In this document: in pieces, positions 28,776 through 37,748 of the stretch | Layout of the letters: the number at the start of each line of letters is the position of its first letter | How positions within the stretch are numbered: the stretch's first letter is position 1 | Assembly (NCBI GenBank): GCA_965248445.1 | Contig: CBDFJG010000004.1 | Coordinates: 224,001-288,000 of the forward strand | Direction of reading: 5' to 3' | Origin: Planctomycetota bacterium | GTDB lineage: Bacteria > Planctomycetota > JAJSAM01 > JAJVHW01 | Length of the DNA stretch: 64,000 nt | Position numbers and translations under genes: made by a program | Notes under the pieces: generated by a model | The model's input: the letters and a program-made list of their open reading frames with translations, nothing else | Database searches by the model: none | What the model was told of the DNA's origin: nothing

Positions 28776-29740
28776 GCGACACGGTCATTCCATCGACATC
28801 ATTGAAGAAGCCGGGCAAGCGCCGTCTACCCGGGTGGTTCAAGCGACCGCTCGGCAGCGGTCCGGAGTTCAACCACGTCAGTTCTCTCGTCGGTGACCTG
28901 GGACTCCACACGGTCTGTCAGAGCGCCCGCTGCCCGAACCGCGGCGAGTGCTGGTCGATCGGCACAGCCACGTTCATGATCCTCGGCGAGGTCTGCACGC
29001 GGGGCTGCCGCTACTGCGCGGTCCCCAAGGGCAAGCCGCTGGAGCTCGATCTCGACGAACCCCGGCGCGTCGGCGAAGCCGTGAGGAAGCTCGACCTGCG
29101 ACACACCGTGATCACGAGCGTGGATCGCGACGACCTCGCCGACGGCGGCGCCTCGATCTGGGCCGAGACGATCCGCGCGATCCGCCGCGACGCTCCCGGC
29201 TGTGCGGTGGAGGTCCTCATCCCGGACTTCGCGCACACCGAGGGCGACGCGCTCGCGGTCGTGATGGATGCGCGGCCGGACATCCTGAACCACAACATCG
29301 AGACGGTCCCTCGCCTGTTCCCGGTCGCGCGCAAGGGCGGCGACTATCAGTTGTCGCTGGGCGTGCTGCGCCGGGCCCGCGAACTCCGCCCCGACGTGCC
29401 GACGAAGAGCGGCATGATGCTCGGCCTCGGCGAGACCGACCCCGAGGTCCGGCAGGTGCTGCACGACCTGCGCGCGGTCGGCGTCGACATCGTGACCATG
29501 GGCCAGTACCTCGCGCCCGAACAGGACAACGGCTTCTATCTGCCGATCGACCGCTTCGTTCCTCCGGAAGACTTCGACGAGTGGGCGCGGTTCGCGCGCT
29601 CGATCGGCTTCCGTCACGCGGAGTGTGGTCCGCTCGTGCGCTCGTCGTACCACGCCGAGAAGCAGGCCGGCGGCCGGCGGCCCAGTGAGGCGCTGAGCAC
29701 CCGCGAGACTCTGGGCGAGGTCGCGAGCGACGCAGAGTGA
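28772..29740 (+). CDS. lipA: Lipoyl synthase
   Basis: CQSARCPNRGEC, CTRGCRYC, NHNIETV, RSSYHA. Confidence 0.96.
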   Translation: MSDTVIPSTSLKKPGKRRLPGWFKRPLGSGPEFNHVSSLVGDLGLHTVCQSARCPNRGECWSIGTATFMILGEVCTRGCRYCAVPKGKPLELDLDEPRRVGEAVRKLDLRHTVITSVDRDDLADGGASIWAETIRAIRRDAPGCAVEVLIPDFAHTEGDALAVVMDARPDILNHNIETVPRLFPVARKGGDYQLSLGVLRRARELRPDVPTKSGMMLGLGETDPEVRQVLHDLRAVGVDIVTMGQYLAPEQDNGFYLPIDRFVPPEDFDEWARFARSIGFRHAECGPLVRSSYHAEKQAGGRRPSEALSTRETLGEVASDAE

Positions 29741-30378
29741 GTAGCGGGACGCCTCCGTTCCGCGACGTCGCCGGCGCTCCCAAGGGCCCGCTCGACGCCG
29801 CCGCGTGGCAGTCAAAGTGGGAAGCCCTCGATGCGCCGTGGGATCTCGGTGAGCCGTCCCCTCCACTCGCACAGGCCGTGGCGGACGGGTGGATCAAGCC
29901 ACCCGGCCGCGTGCTGGTGCCGGGCCTCGGCCGCGGTCACGACGCGCTGATGCTCGCGGACGCCGGGTTCGACGTCGTCGGCATCGACATCTCAGCGGAG
30001 GCGGTGCGGCTGGCCGGCGAACTCGCGGCCGAGGCGGAGCTCGACGTGACGTACCGCGTCGCGAACGTGGTCGCGCTGCCGGGCGACATCGGCACATTCG
30101 ATGCAGTCGTGGAACACACGTGCTTCTGCGCCATCGACCCTGCTCTGCGTGACGTTTATGTCGACGCGATGTCGCGCGTCCTGCGACCGGGGGGCGCGCT
30201 GATCGGCGTGTTCTTCGTGATGGAACGCGAGGACGGGCCGCCGTTCGGCGCGACGGAGGAGGAACTGCGGCATCGTTTCGCCACACACTTCGAGGTCGAA
30301 CACATGGCGCGACCGGAGAGCAGCCTCGAGCGCCGCGACGGCATCGAGATGCTGGCTCTGCTGCGGAGACGCGGATGA
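29737..30378 (+). CDS. TPMT-like SAM-dependent methyltransferase
   Basis: PWDLG, LVPGLGRGHD, EHTCFCAI, GPPF. Confidence 0.87.
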   Translation: MSSGTPPFRDVAGAPKGPLDAAAWQSKWEALDAPWDLGEPSPPLAQAVADGWIKPPGRVLVPGLGRGHDALMLADAGFDVVGIDISAEAVRLAGELAAEAELDVTYRVANVVALPGDIGTFDAVVEHTCFCAIDPALRDVYVDAMSRVLRPGGALIGVFFVMEREDGPPFGATEEELRHRFATHFEVEHMARPESSLERRDGIEMLALLRRRG

Positions 30379-31190
30379 GCGACGAGCTGTTCGAGCGCTA
30401 CGGCGGCTGGGCGCTCGTGACCGGCGCATCGTCCGGACTCGGCGCGTCGTACGCAGAGTCGCTGGCGGCAGCTGGCTTCCCGCTGATCCTGACGGCGCGA
30501 AGGCAGGACCGCATGGACGAGCTCGCGGCACGGCTGAGCGCCGCTCACGGCACGAAGTCGCTCGTCGTACCGCTCGACCTGGCCGTACCCGGCGCGTGTG
30601 ATCAGCTCATCGAAGCCGCTGGCGACCGTGAGGTCGGCGTGCTCGTGAACAACGCAGGCTTCGGATTCTCCGGGGCATTCGTGAACGCAGACACCGCCGC
30701 CGACGAGCGCATGGTGCAACTCAACTGCTCCGTACCGGTGCGCCTGACACACGCGTGTCTGCCGGCCATGCGGGAGCGGGGGCGTGGAGCGATCCTGATC
30801 CTCTCGTCGGTCGCGGGCTTCCAGCCCACGCCGTGGTTCACGGTGTACGGCGCCACGAAGGCGTTCGACCTCGTGTTCGCCGAAGCGCTCTGGAGCGAGC
30901 TGCGTGGAAGCGGTGTCGACGTGCTTGCCGTCTGCCCCGGCGAGACACGCACTGAGTTCGCGCGACATGCGCACATGGGCCGCGACAGCGGAGGCATGGA
31001 GCCGGACGTCGTGGTTGTGGGCAGCCTGGCGAAACTCGGGCGCGGACCGACGTTCGTGCCAGGCGCGAAGAACAAGTTCGCGGCGTTCCTGTCGCGCTTC
31101 TTCCCACGTTCGTTCGTGGCAACCGCGACGGGCAACGTCCTCGCGAGAGAGCTCGTCGGCAAGACTCCCGACGAATTGCGCAATTCGTAA
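30375..31190 (+). CDS. Short-chain dehydrogenase/reductase
   Basis: TGASSGLG, NNAG, YGATK. Confidence 0.93.
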   Translation: MSDELFERYGGWALVTGASSGLGASYAESLAAAGFPLILTARRQDRMDELAARLSAAHGTKSLVVPLDLAVPGACDQLIEAAGDREVGVLVNNAGFGFSGAFVNADTAADERMVQLNCSVPVRLTHACLPAMRERGRGAILILSSVAGFQPTPWFTVYGATKAFDLVFAEALWSELRGSGVDVLAVCPGETRTEFARHAHMGRDSGGMEPDVVVVGSLAKLGRGPTFVPGAKNKFAAFLSRFFPRSFVATATGNVLARELVGKTPDELRNS

Positions 31191-31196
31191 GCGCGG

Positions 31197-31224
31197 CGCG
31201 GGCGTGGCAGCACCCCGCCCCTAC
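31197..31224 (-). repeat. GTAG-type REP-like palindrome, copy 1
   Basis: Reverse complement GTAGGGGCGGGGTGCTGCCACGCCCGCG matches 52743-52770 at 26/28. Confidence 0.65.
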
Positions 31225-33035
31225 TACCGCTTAAAGAGGGTGTGTTCCAGGGTGAGCACGGAGAACGCGGTGAACGGTTCGATCCCGCTGCGGGAGAGCC
31301 ATCGTTCGTTCCGCTTCTGCGTCTTCCCCTTTGTCGTGACCGTCGCATCGGGAGATGGATCGAACATGCCGGCCCGGAACCCGTCGACGATCTGGAAGTC
31401 CTCCGCGTACTCGAGCACCACCTGGCGACGCGCGGGGGAGAGGTCCTCGCTGAGCAGCAGCTCCATGCGCACGTCGTAGTACAGGCCGTACAGATTGACC
31501 TGTCTTGCCGGCCGGGCACCGACCTTCGCGGTGGCCGCGAGCGCCTTGGCGAAGCGCTCGCGCGTCGCGTCCTCTCGAACCTCGCCGAGCACCTGCAGTG
31601 CGAGCATCCCGGCCGACTGCAACGAAGCATGTGCGCTTTGGCCGACCATGTACGAGAAGTGGGTCTCGTCCACGCGCGTTGATTTGACGAAGTAGAGCAT
31701 GGCCTCGACCACGTCGGCGCCGGGCGCATCGATACCCGCTTCCCGTGCGGCTTCGTACGCCTGCACCACCCACGCCGTCACGCTCAGGTCCCCGGCGCCG
31801 CCGGAGCCGTAGCGGTATCCGCCCCGTGGACCGGCGAGCGTCGCCTGGTACTGCCAGCCCTTCTCCACTGCCTGGACCACACGCGCGTCGCCGGACGCGC
31901 CGGCGGCCTGGCCGAGCGCCATGAGCGCCAGCGCACTGTCGTATCCGCGGCGGCCGAAGGAACCGTCCTTCCGCTGCTGGCGGACGATCCAGTCCACACC
32001 GCGTGCCAGGCTCTCCTCGAAGACGCCGCGAGCGTCCTGATCGCGAAAGTCCAGGAACGCCAGCACGGCCAGCGAGGTCGCTGCGAGAGTCCGCCCGCTC
32101 TCTTTCTCGCCCTGTGAACAGACGCTCTTCTTGTCGCCGTGCAGGGCAAGACACCGGGTGCGCGTCCGCTCCAGCGCACCGGCGTCGCTCTGGTGCAGCG
32201 CCAACCACGCAAGCCCCGCGTGAATGCGCTCCAGGAGGGATGTCACGCCGCGCGCGCGCAGCCGCTCAAGCTGCTCGACGCGCCGCCTCTCGACGGCGGC
32301 CGGGTCGGTGACGTCGAGCTTCGTGACGCGCCGCGACCACTCGCGGGCCCGGACGCGGTCGATCGCGGGGTCGACCCAGGTCCGGTCAGCCGCGTCGATC
32401 TCCGTGCCACTTCGGCCGAAGCGCGCCAGGTGGCGCGCGATTGCATCGCGTTCCTCTGCCTGCTCCGTGCCGTCCAGGATCGCCAGTTCCGTCGCGCGGG
32501 CGGCCTTCCCGAGGCGGTCGAGCAATACCTGCAGCCGGCGTTGGGAGTCGGCGAGCAGCAGCGCGCGTTTCGCGCCTGCCAGCACGTCGTCGGGGATCTT
32601 GCGGCCCGCCTCAGCGTCACCCTCGAGATCGTCGAGCAGCGTGTCCTCCCAGACGGCGAACACCTCCGCGTACGAGGGGACCCACTCCGCCGGCTCCGAT
32701 CGCGGAGGCAGGACGATCAGTAGCGCTTCGAGCACGCGGCCGGAGTCGAACGCCGCGAGCGCGCGATCGAGCAGCGCGCGGCGGTCGTTCAGCGCGGGCG
32801 TCGACTTTGGCGGAGGCGCGACTCGATTGCGCTCCCGTCGCGACGTCGGTCCGTTGCCGCCGTCCTCCGCGGCGTTCTCGCCGGAGCCGGGGAGTGCCGA
32901 GATCGCATCACCGCGTTCGGGCGGCGGCGCCCCGGGCGGGCGGGACACGACGAACGCGATCGACCCCGCGACGACGAGGACCAACGCGATCAGGAGGACG
33001 ACCGGAGCTCTCACTCCACCATTAGACGGGCCCAT
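31224..33035 (-). CDS. Prenyltransferase/squalene-oxidase-repeat (alpha/alpha toroid) protein
   Basis: GLAWLALHQS..G, WIVRQQRKDGSF, GGYRY..GDLSVTAW; N-terminal TM. Confidence 0.75.
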   Translation of the reverse strand: MGPSNGGVRAPVVLLIALVLVVAGSIAFVVSRPPGAPPPERGDAISALPGSGENAAEDGGNGPTSRRERNRVAPPPKSTPALNDRRALLDRALAAFDSGRVLEALLIVLPPRSEPAEWVPSYAEVFAVWEDTLLDDLEGDAEAGRKIPDDVLAGAKRALLLADSQRRLQVLLDRLGKAARATELAILDGTEQAEERDAIARHLARFGRSGTEIDAADRTWVDPAIDRVRAREWSRRVTKLDVTDPAAVERRRVEQLERLRARGVTSLLERIHAGLAWLALHQSDAGALERTRTRCLALHGDKKSVCSQGEKESGRTLAATSLAVLAFLDFRDQDARGVFEESLARGVDWIVRQQRKDGSFGRRGYDSALALMALGQAAGASGDARVVQAVEKGWQYQATLAGPRGGYRYGSGGAGDLSVTAWVVQAYEAAREAGIDAPGADVVEAMLYFVKSTRVDETHFSYMVGQSAHASLQSAGMLALQVLGEVREDATRERFAKALAATAKVGARPARQVNLYGLYYDVRMELLLSEDLSPARRQVVLEYAEDFQIVDGFRAGMFDPSPDATVTTKGKTQKRNERWLSRSGIEPFTAFSVLTLEHTLFKR

Positions 33036-33070
33036 TAGATAGACGGGCCCATTAGACGGCGCAGCCGGCC

Positions 33071-34039
33071 TCAGTCCTTCTTGCCCTTTCCGTCGCCGTC
33101 ACCGTCGGCGTCGTCGTCCGGATCCTCCCCGAAGTCCAGGCCGCCCTTGCGCTTGGTCGGACCCTTGTACTTCGGGATGTCGATGCCCAGCTTCTTCAGC
33201 TCGAGCCGGTTCTCGACCATCCACCTGCGCAGGTCGCTCGCCTGGCCGATCTCCTCGTCACAGATGTTCGTGCACGCCTTGGCCAGTTCCTCGATGTAGA
33301 CCTTCAGCATGAGGGGCGGCTTGCCGCGCGGGCCGGCGTTGCCGTACTTCGCCTTCCAAGCCGCCTCGGCCGCCTCCTGATCCGCCGTGCCGGAAGCGCC
33401 GGTGTCGACCTTCACCTCGCCGGTCTCCCACGAGTAGCCGACCGGATGGCGTTCCCACAACCCCAGCAGAGTGGGCAGCGCCTGCCAACTGTCGATCCGG
33501 CCCAGCGCGCGCACGCACGTGAGCAGCAGATACGGATCGCCGCCCTTCTTGAGGATCTCGCAGACGATCGGGACCGCGGGCTCGTGCTTCAGCTTGCCGA
33601 CGGAGTCCACCGCCGTGTCCACGACGTCGATCTCGAGCTTCTTGTTCTTGTCGAGCACTTTCACGAGCGCGTCGCCCGCCGCGACAGTCGACTTCTCGTT
33701 GCGCTTGAACTCGGACAGCACGGACGCCGCCATGAGCTGATGCTCGATGTCCTGGTCCTTCAGGATCAGCTTGCCGAGGTAGTCCGCCGCGACGGGATGC
33801 TCGGTGCTCGCAACCGCCATCAGGAGGTCGGCGTACGTCGCGTCGTCCTTGGCGCGCTTCGCGTTCTTCTTGAAGTACGCGATCTCGGCCTTGGCCTGCT
33901 TCTCCCACGCCTTCTCGGCAGCCTTCTTGGCGGCACTGTCTTTGGAGGCACTGTCTGCCGCTTCGTCGGCGCGCACACCACTCGACGGCATCGCGAGGAG
34001 CATCGCGGCTACGAACATCAGTGCTGTCGTGGTTTTCAT
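33071..34039 (-). CDS. Secreted HEAT-repeat protein
   Basis: Signal peptide; AVDSVGKL and CVRALGRI HEAT-like repeats. Confidence 0.65.
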   Translation of the reverse strand: MKTTTALMFVAAMLLAMPSSGVRADEAADSASKDSAAKKAAEKAWEKQAKAEIAYFKKNAKRAKDDATYADLLMAVASTEHPVAADYLGKLILKDQDIEHQLMAASVLSEFKRNEKSTVAAGDALVKVLDKNKKLEIDVVDTAVDSVGKLKHEPAVPIVCEILKKGGDPYLLLTCVRALGRIDSWQALPTLLGLWERHPVGYSWETGEVKVDTGASGTADQEAAEAAWKAKYGNAGPRGKPPLMLKVYIEELAKACTNICDEEIGQASDLRRWMVENRLELKKLGIDIPKYKGPTKRKGGLDFGEDPDDDADGDGDGKGKKD

Positions 34040-34049
34040 CTGTCTGCCC

Positions 34050-35623
34050 TCACTTCGTGAAGAACTTCCCTACTCCACCGGTCTCACGCGCCAGCTTCCG
34101 AAGGAAGCGGAGATCCACTCCGATCCCGATCACGTTGATCCGGATCGGCTTGACCCTGTGCAGTTGTACGACCGCGTCGAGGATCTGGTCGGGCTCGATG
34201 ATGTCCCCGATCGAAGGCGCCCCGTCGGTCACCAAGTAGATCTCGTCGGGTCCGGACTCATAGGACTTCTTTGTGTTGCCCGCCAGATCGAACGCTGTCG
34301 CGATCGCTTCCCAGGTATTGGTCTTGTCGTCGGGCTTGACGCCCTTGAGCCCGGCAATCGCCTTCTGCTTGTTGGCGGAGTTGGCCGGGACGAGCTTGCC
34401 CATCCACGGACTTGCGTCGTTCGAGAAGAAGATCACGTCGAAGTGCTGCTCCTCCCTCAGCTGGGAAATCAGCAGGATCGTCTGCTCCCGCGCCAGATCG
34501 AGACGTGACTTGATGCGCCACCACGGGATGTCGTAGCGCCGCTCTTCGTCCCCGTCTTCCTCGGCGGCTCCCTTCCCTCGGCACCCGCACCGGTCACGGC
34601 CGCCTTGCGACGGCTCGTCTCCCTGCGCAGCCGGTCGCGGTCGATCTCGATCGGGTCGTTCATGGACAGCGACATGTCGAGGATCAGCACGACGCGGTTG
34701 CTCGTGACCTCCATGCCGTAGAAGTGTGGGCGTCCGCCCTCGTCCGCGTATCCGCTCGCCGCGCCGGACACGCCGTCCTCGGGATCGTCGTCGCGCGCGG
34801 ACACGTCTTCACCGGCGAGGAACTTGCGCCACTTGCTCGGTTTGCTGCCGAGCCTCTTTCCGGTGATGCGTGAGAGCGCGTGCGCCGCGTCCGCGCGCAT
34901 GCGACCGCGGGAGTTCTCGAGAAAATCAACGAGCCGCGGCACCGCCCGCTCGCGCAGCACATCCTTGTCCGGCAGCCGGTAGATCGACGACATGGCCGCA
35001 GACTGCACCTGCCAGTGGCGGTCGTCGAGCAGCGCAAGCAGCGGGTCGAGGGCCTCCAGCGCGCGGTGCTGTCCGATGCCCCAGGCCGCCATGCCGCGGA
35101 CCATCGGGTCGCCGTCGTCGAGCGTCGCGAGCAACGCGGCCCGCACACGGTCGTCGCGGACGTGCGCCAGCGCCTCCAGATAGACCACGCGCTGGTCCGT
35201 CTTGCCCTTGCCCGCGTGTACGATCAGGGCGGCGATCGCGTCCGCGTCCTTGATCTTCGAGAGCACGGTCACGGCCCGCGCGATGACGTCCGCCCGCTTC
35301 TCCTTGCCGACGACGTACTTCGAGACGATCGCGAGGCGCTTGTCGTCGGGAGTGTCCTTCAGGGACTCGACGGCTGCAGCACGCTCCTTGGCGTCGTCGC
35401 TCTTGTACTTCTCCGCGAAGGCGGCCGCGGCGGGGTCGTCGCCCTTCTTCTTCTTCTTCGGCTGCGCCGTTGCACTCGGACCGCCAGCAAGCACGAGCGC
35501 GAGCGCCACGACGACGGCCGCGCCGATTCGGGGCCATGCGAATCCGGGCAGTCCGAATCCGGGCAGACCGAGGCGGTTCAGCAGCATCCCCTCAGGATAC
35601 CCCGCCGCCGGCCCCACGCTCAC
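34050..35623 (-). pseudogene. HEAT-repeat plus VWA protein split by a frameshift near 34570
   Basis: First frame carries HEAT repeats and ILDMSLSM (MIDAS); second frame continues EEDGDEERRYDIPWWRIKSRLDLAREQ...LVTDGAP...LARETGG. Possibly a sequencing indel. Confidence 0.75.
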
Positions 35624-36474
35624 TCAGGAGGGAAGACGGCCGCGAGTGCAGCCTCGTCTCGGCGGATGCCCTCGTCGCGCTCGGCGACGAGGTCGAGCCG
35701 CACGGTCAGGATCTCCATCGCCAGCGGAGGGCCGGGCACCAGGTAGGACTCGTGGAAGACCTTCCAGCCGGTCGAGCAGACGTCGCAGGCCTCCAGCGAC
35801 GCCGGACCGGCCTCTCGCGCCGCGAGGACGCGCAGCTTGTTCGCGGACTCCTCCCCGCACGCGGGGCAGCCCAGGCCTTGCACCGTCCATGACCCGCCGC
35901 ACAGCACGCACAGCATTCGGCGATCGCCGCCCGGCGCCGCAAGGCTCGCCGCCGGAGCGAGTCCGCAGAACGGACACGCCGCTCGGACCCACCGCTCGGC
36001 GTGCGGCGGACTGAACGCGCGCGCCAGGTGCGTCGCCGGAGCCGCCAACGAACGCAACAGCAGGAACCGAAACAGGGGCGGGTGCGGAACCTCGTCGTCA
36101 CCCGGGAGCGAGGTGAAGTCGCGCAGGTGCCGTGGCCATTCGAACGCAGGGTCGAGGACCGCGTCGGCCACCTCGCTCGCGGATCCCGCGACCTCCGGGA
36201 ACGCCGTGGCGAGCCGCGCGGCCAGCCGTCCGAACAGCGGCTCGACGAGTCCCCGCAACACCGCAGGGTGTGCCGCCGACAAGAGCGCGCGCCCCGAGAG
36301 CCAGTGCACGCCCGGCGGCCCGGTGAATGCGGGCCGCGGCGCCGGGCCGGTGCCGTCGGTGGCGAAGGCCGTCGTCTCCTCGGCGAGTTCGAGGTGCAGG
36401 CGGGCGAGCGGCGCGAGGGCCGGTTCCTCGGCCACGATGCGCGCAAGCGTCCAGAGCGACTCGTCCTGGGCCAT
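35620..36474 (-). CDS. fdhE: Formate dehydrogenase accessory protein FdhE-like
   Basis: Four CxxC (CPFC, CVLC, CPAC, CDVC) and LDLVAERDEG tail. Confidence 0.75.
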   Translation of the reverse strand: MAQDESLWTLARIVAEEPALAPLARLHLELAEETTAFATDGTGPAPRPAFTGPPGVHWLSGRALLSAAHPAVLRGLVEPLFGRLAARLATAFPEVAGSASEVADAVLDPAFEWPRHLRDFTSLPGDDEVPHPPLFRFLLLRSLAAPATHLARAFSPPHAERWVRAACPFCGLAPAASLAAPGGDRRMLCVLCGGSWTVQGLGCPACGEESANKLRVLAAREAGPASLEACDVCSTGWKVFHESYLVPGPPLAMEILTVRLDLVAERDEGIRRDEAALAAVFPPE

Positions 36475-36532
36475 CGTCCGTCACAACCTCCGGGGTCTTC
36501 TCTACCCGTGCTTGTCTGTACCCGGGCTATCT

Positions 36533-37747
36533 CTACCGGGCCGGCCTACGCCGCGCCACCACCGCCGTCGCGCGCTCGTCCAGCCGGGTCGCGAACATGT
36601 CGATCGCGCCTCCGGCCCCGCGCCGCGAGGCACCGCGCGCGACGGAGCGTTGCAGCGTCGCCGCGTCCAGGGGAACACCCCTTACGTGAACCCGGACGGA
36701 ACGCGCGGCGACCGAGCGAAGCGCCCCGCGGATGCTCGCAGGGTCGAGCGCGACACACGACAGCACCTCGTACGACGTGAGCCACGGGGAGTCCACGCCT
36801 GAGTCGCCGGTGAGGAGCGCGATTCCGGGACTCACCACGCCTAGGCCGTGGCGCACGCACAGTTCGGCCAGAAGCGAGGCCCGTACGGCGGCCGGGTCCG
36901 GGACGTAGAGCGCGCCGCCGAGCGGGAGTGGGGCAGCGTCCTCGCGTGCGCCCGACAGCGAGACCGAGGGACCGTCGGCTGGAAGCTGCACAGCGAGCAC
37001 GTGCGGCGCGGCCGGGTCGCGATGCGACGCGACGAACGCCTCGCAGCACGAGCGCGCGGCCGAGACATAGGAGACCGAGAACGACTCCGGCACGACATCC
37101 GACCTCAGCGAGGGCGCGGCCTTGATGAACACGCGCCGCTCCGGCGCGAGAGCGAGCAGCGCGGAGAGCGGCGGTTGCCAGCTGTCCGGATCCAACGAGC
37201 GCGCGCCCTGCGGCCGGCGGTCGGGATCGGCGAAGACGACGTCGGCCCGCGCCGCGTCGTCCTCGAGAACGGCCAGTCCGTCGCCGGGTATGACCCGCGC
37301 ACTCGAAAGGCCGAGTGTCATGAGGTTCGTGTGTGCGCACGCCGCGCGCACGGCGTCGACGTCGGTCGCGATCAGGTTAGCTGCACGGTGGGCGAGAGCG
37401 AGTGTGTCGGCGCCGCAGCCGCAGCCGATCTCCAGCAGTCGGGCACCCGCGGGCACCTGCTGGGCGTGCCAGATCGCCACGCGGCCGGACGTGGCCTGTT
37501 CAACGGCTTCGCGCACGGCGAGCAAGCGCTCGTCGCACCCGATCTTGCGCGCGAGTGCGCGGCCGGCGGTGACGAGTTCGAGCGCGGCGGCGCGCTCGAC
37601 CGGCGGCGCGTCGGCGTTGCTGCGTCGCAGTTTCTCTGCGGCGGCGAGCACATCCCCGGCGGCCGCCTCGACGGCGGCATGTGCCCCCATCAACAGCCGC
37701 CACCCCGGCTCGCCAAGGACGGCCAGCGCCGCCTCGCGGTCCGGCAC
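36533..37747 (-). CDS. Class I SAM methyltransferase with THUMP-like domain
   Basis: EQATS, EIGCGCGAD, FADPDRR, LYVPDPAAVRA. Confidence 0.8.
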   Translation of the reverse strand: MPDREAALAVLGEPGWRLLMGAHAAVEAAAGDVLAAAEKLRRSNADAPPVERAAALELVTAGRALARKIGCDERLLAVREAVEQATSGRVAIWHAQQVPAGARLLEIGCGCGADTLALAHRAANLIATDVDAVRAACAHTNLMTLGLSSARVIPGDGLAVLEDDAARADVVFADPDRRPQGARSLDPDSWQPPLSALLALAPERRVFIKAAPSLRSDVVPESFSVSYVSAARSCCEAFVASHRDPAAPHVLAVQLPADGPSVSLSGAREDAAPLPLGGALYVPDPAAVRASLLAELCVRHGLGVVSPGIALLTGDSGVDSPWLTSYEVLSCVALDPASIRGALRSVAARSVRVHVRGVPLDAATLQRSVARGASRRGAGGAIDMFATRLDERATAVVARRRPAR

Positions 37748-37748
37748 G

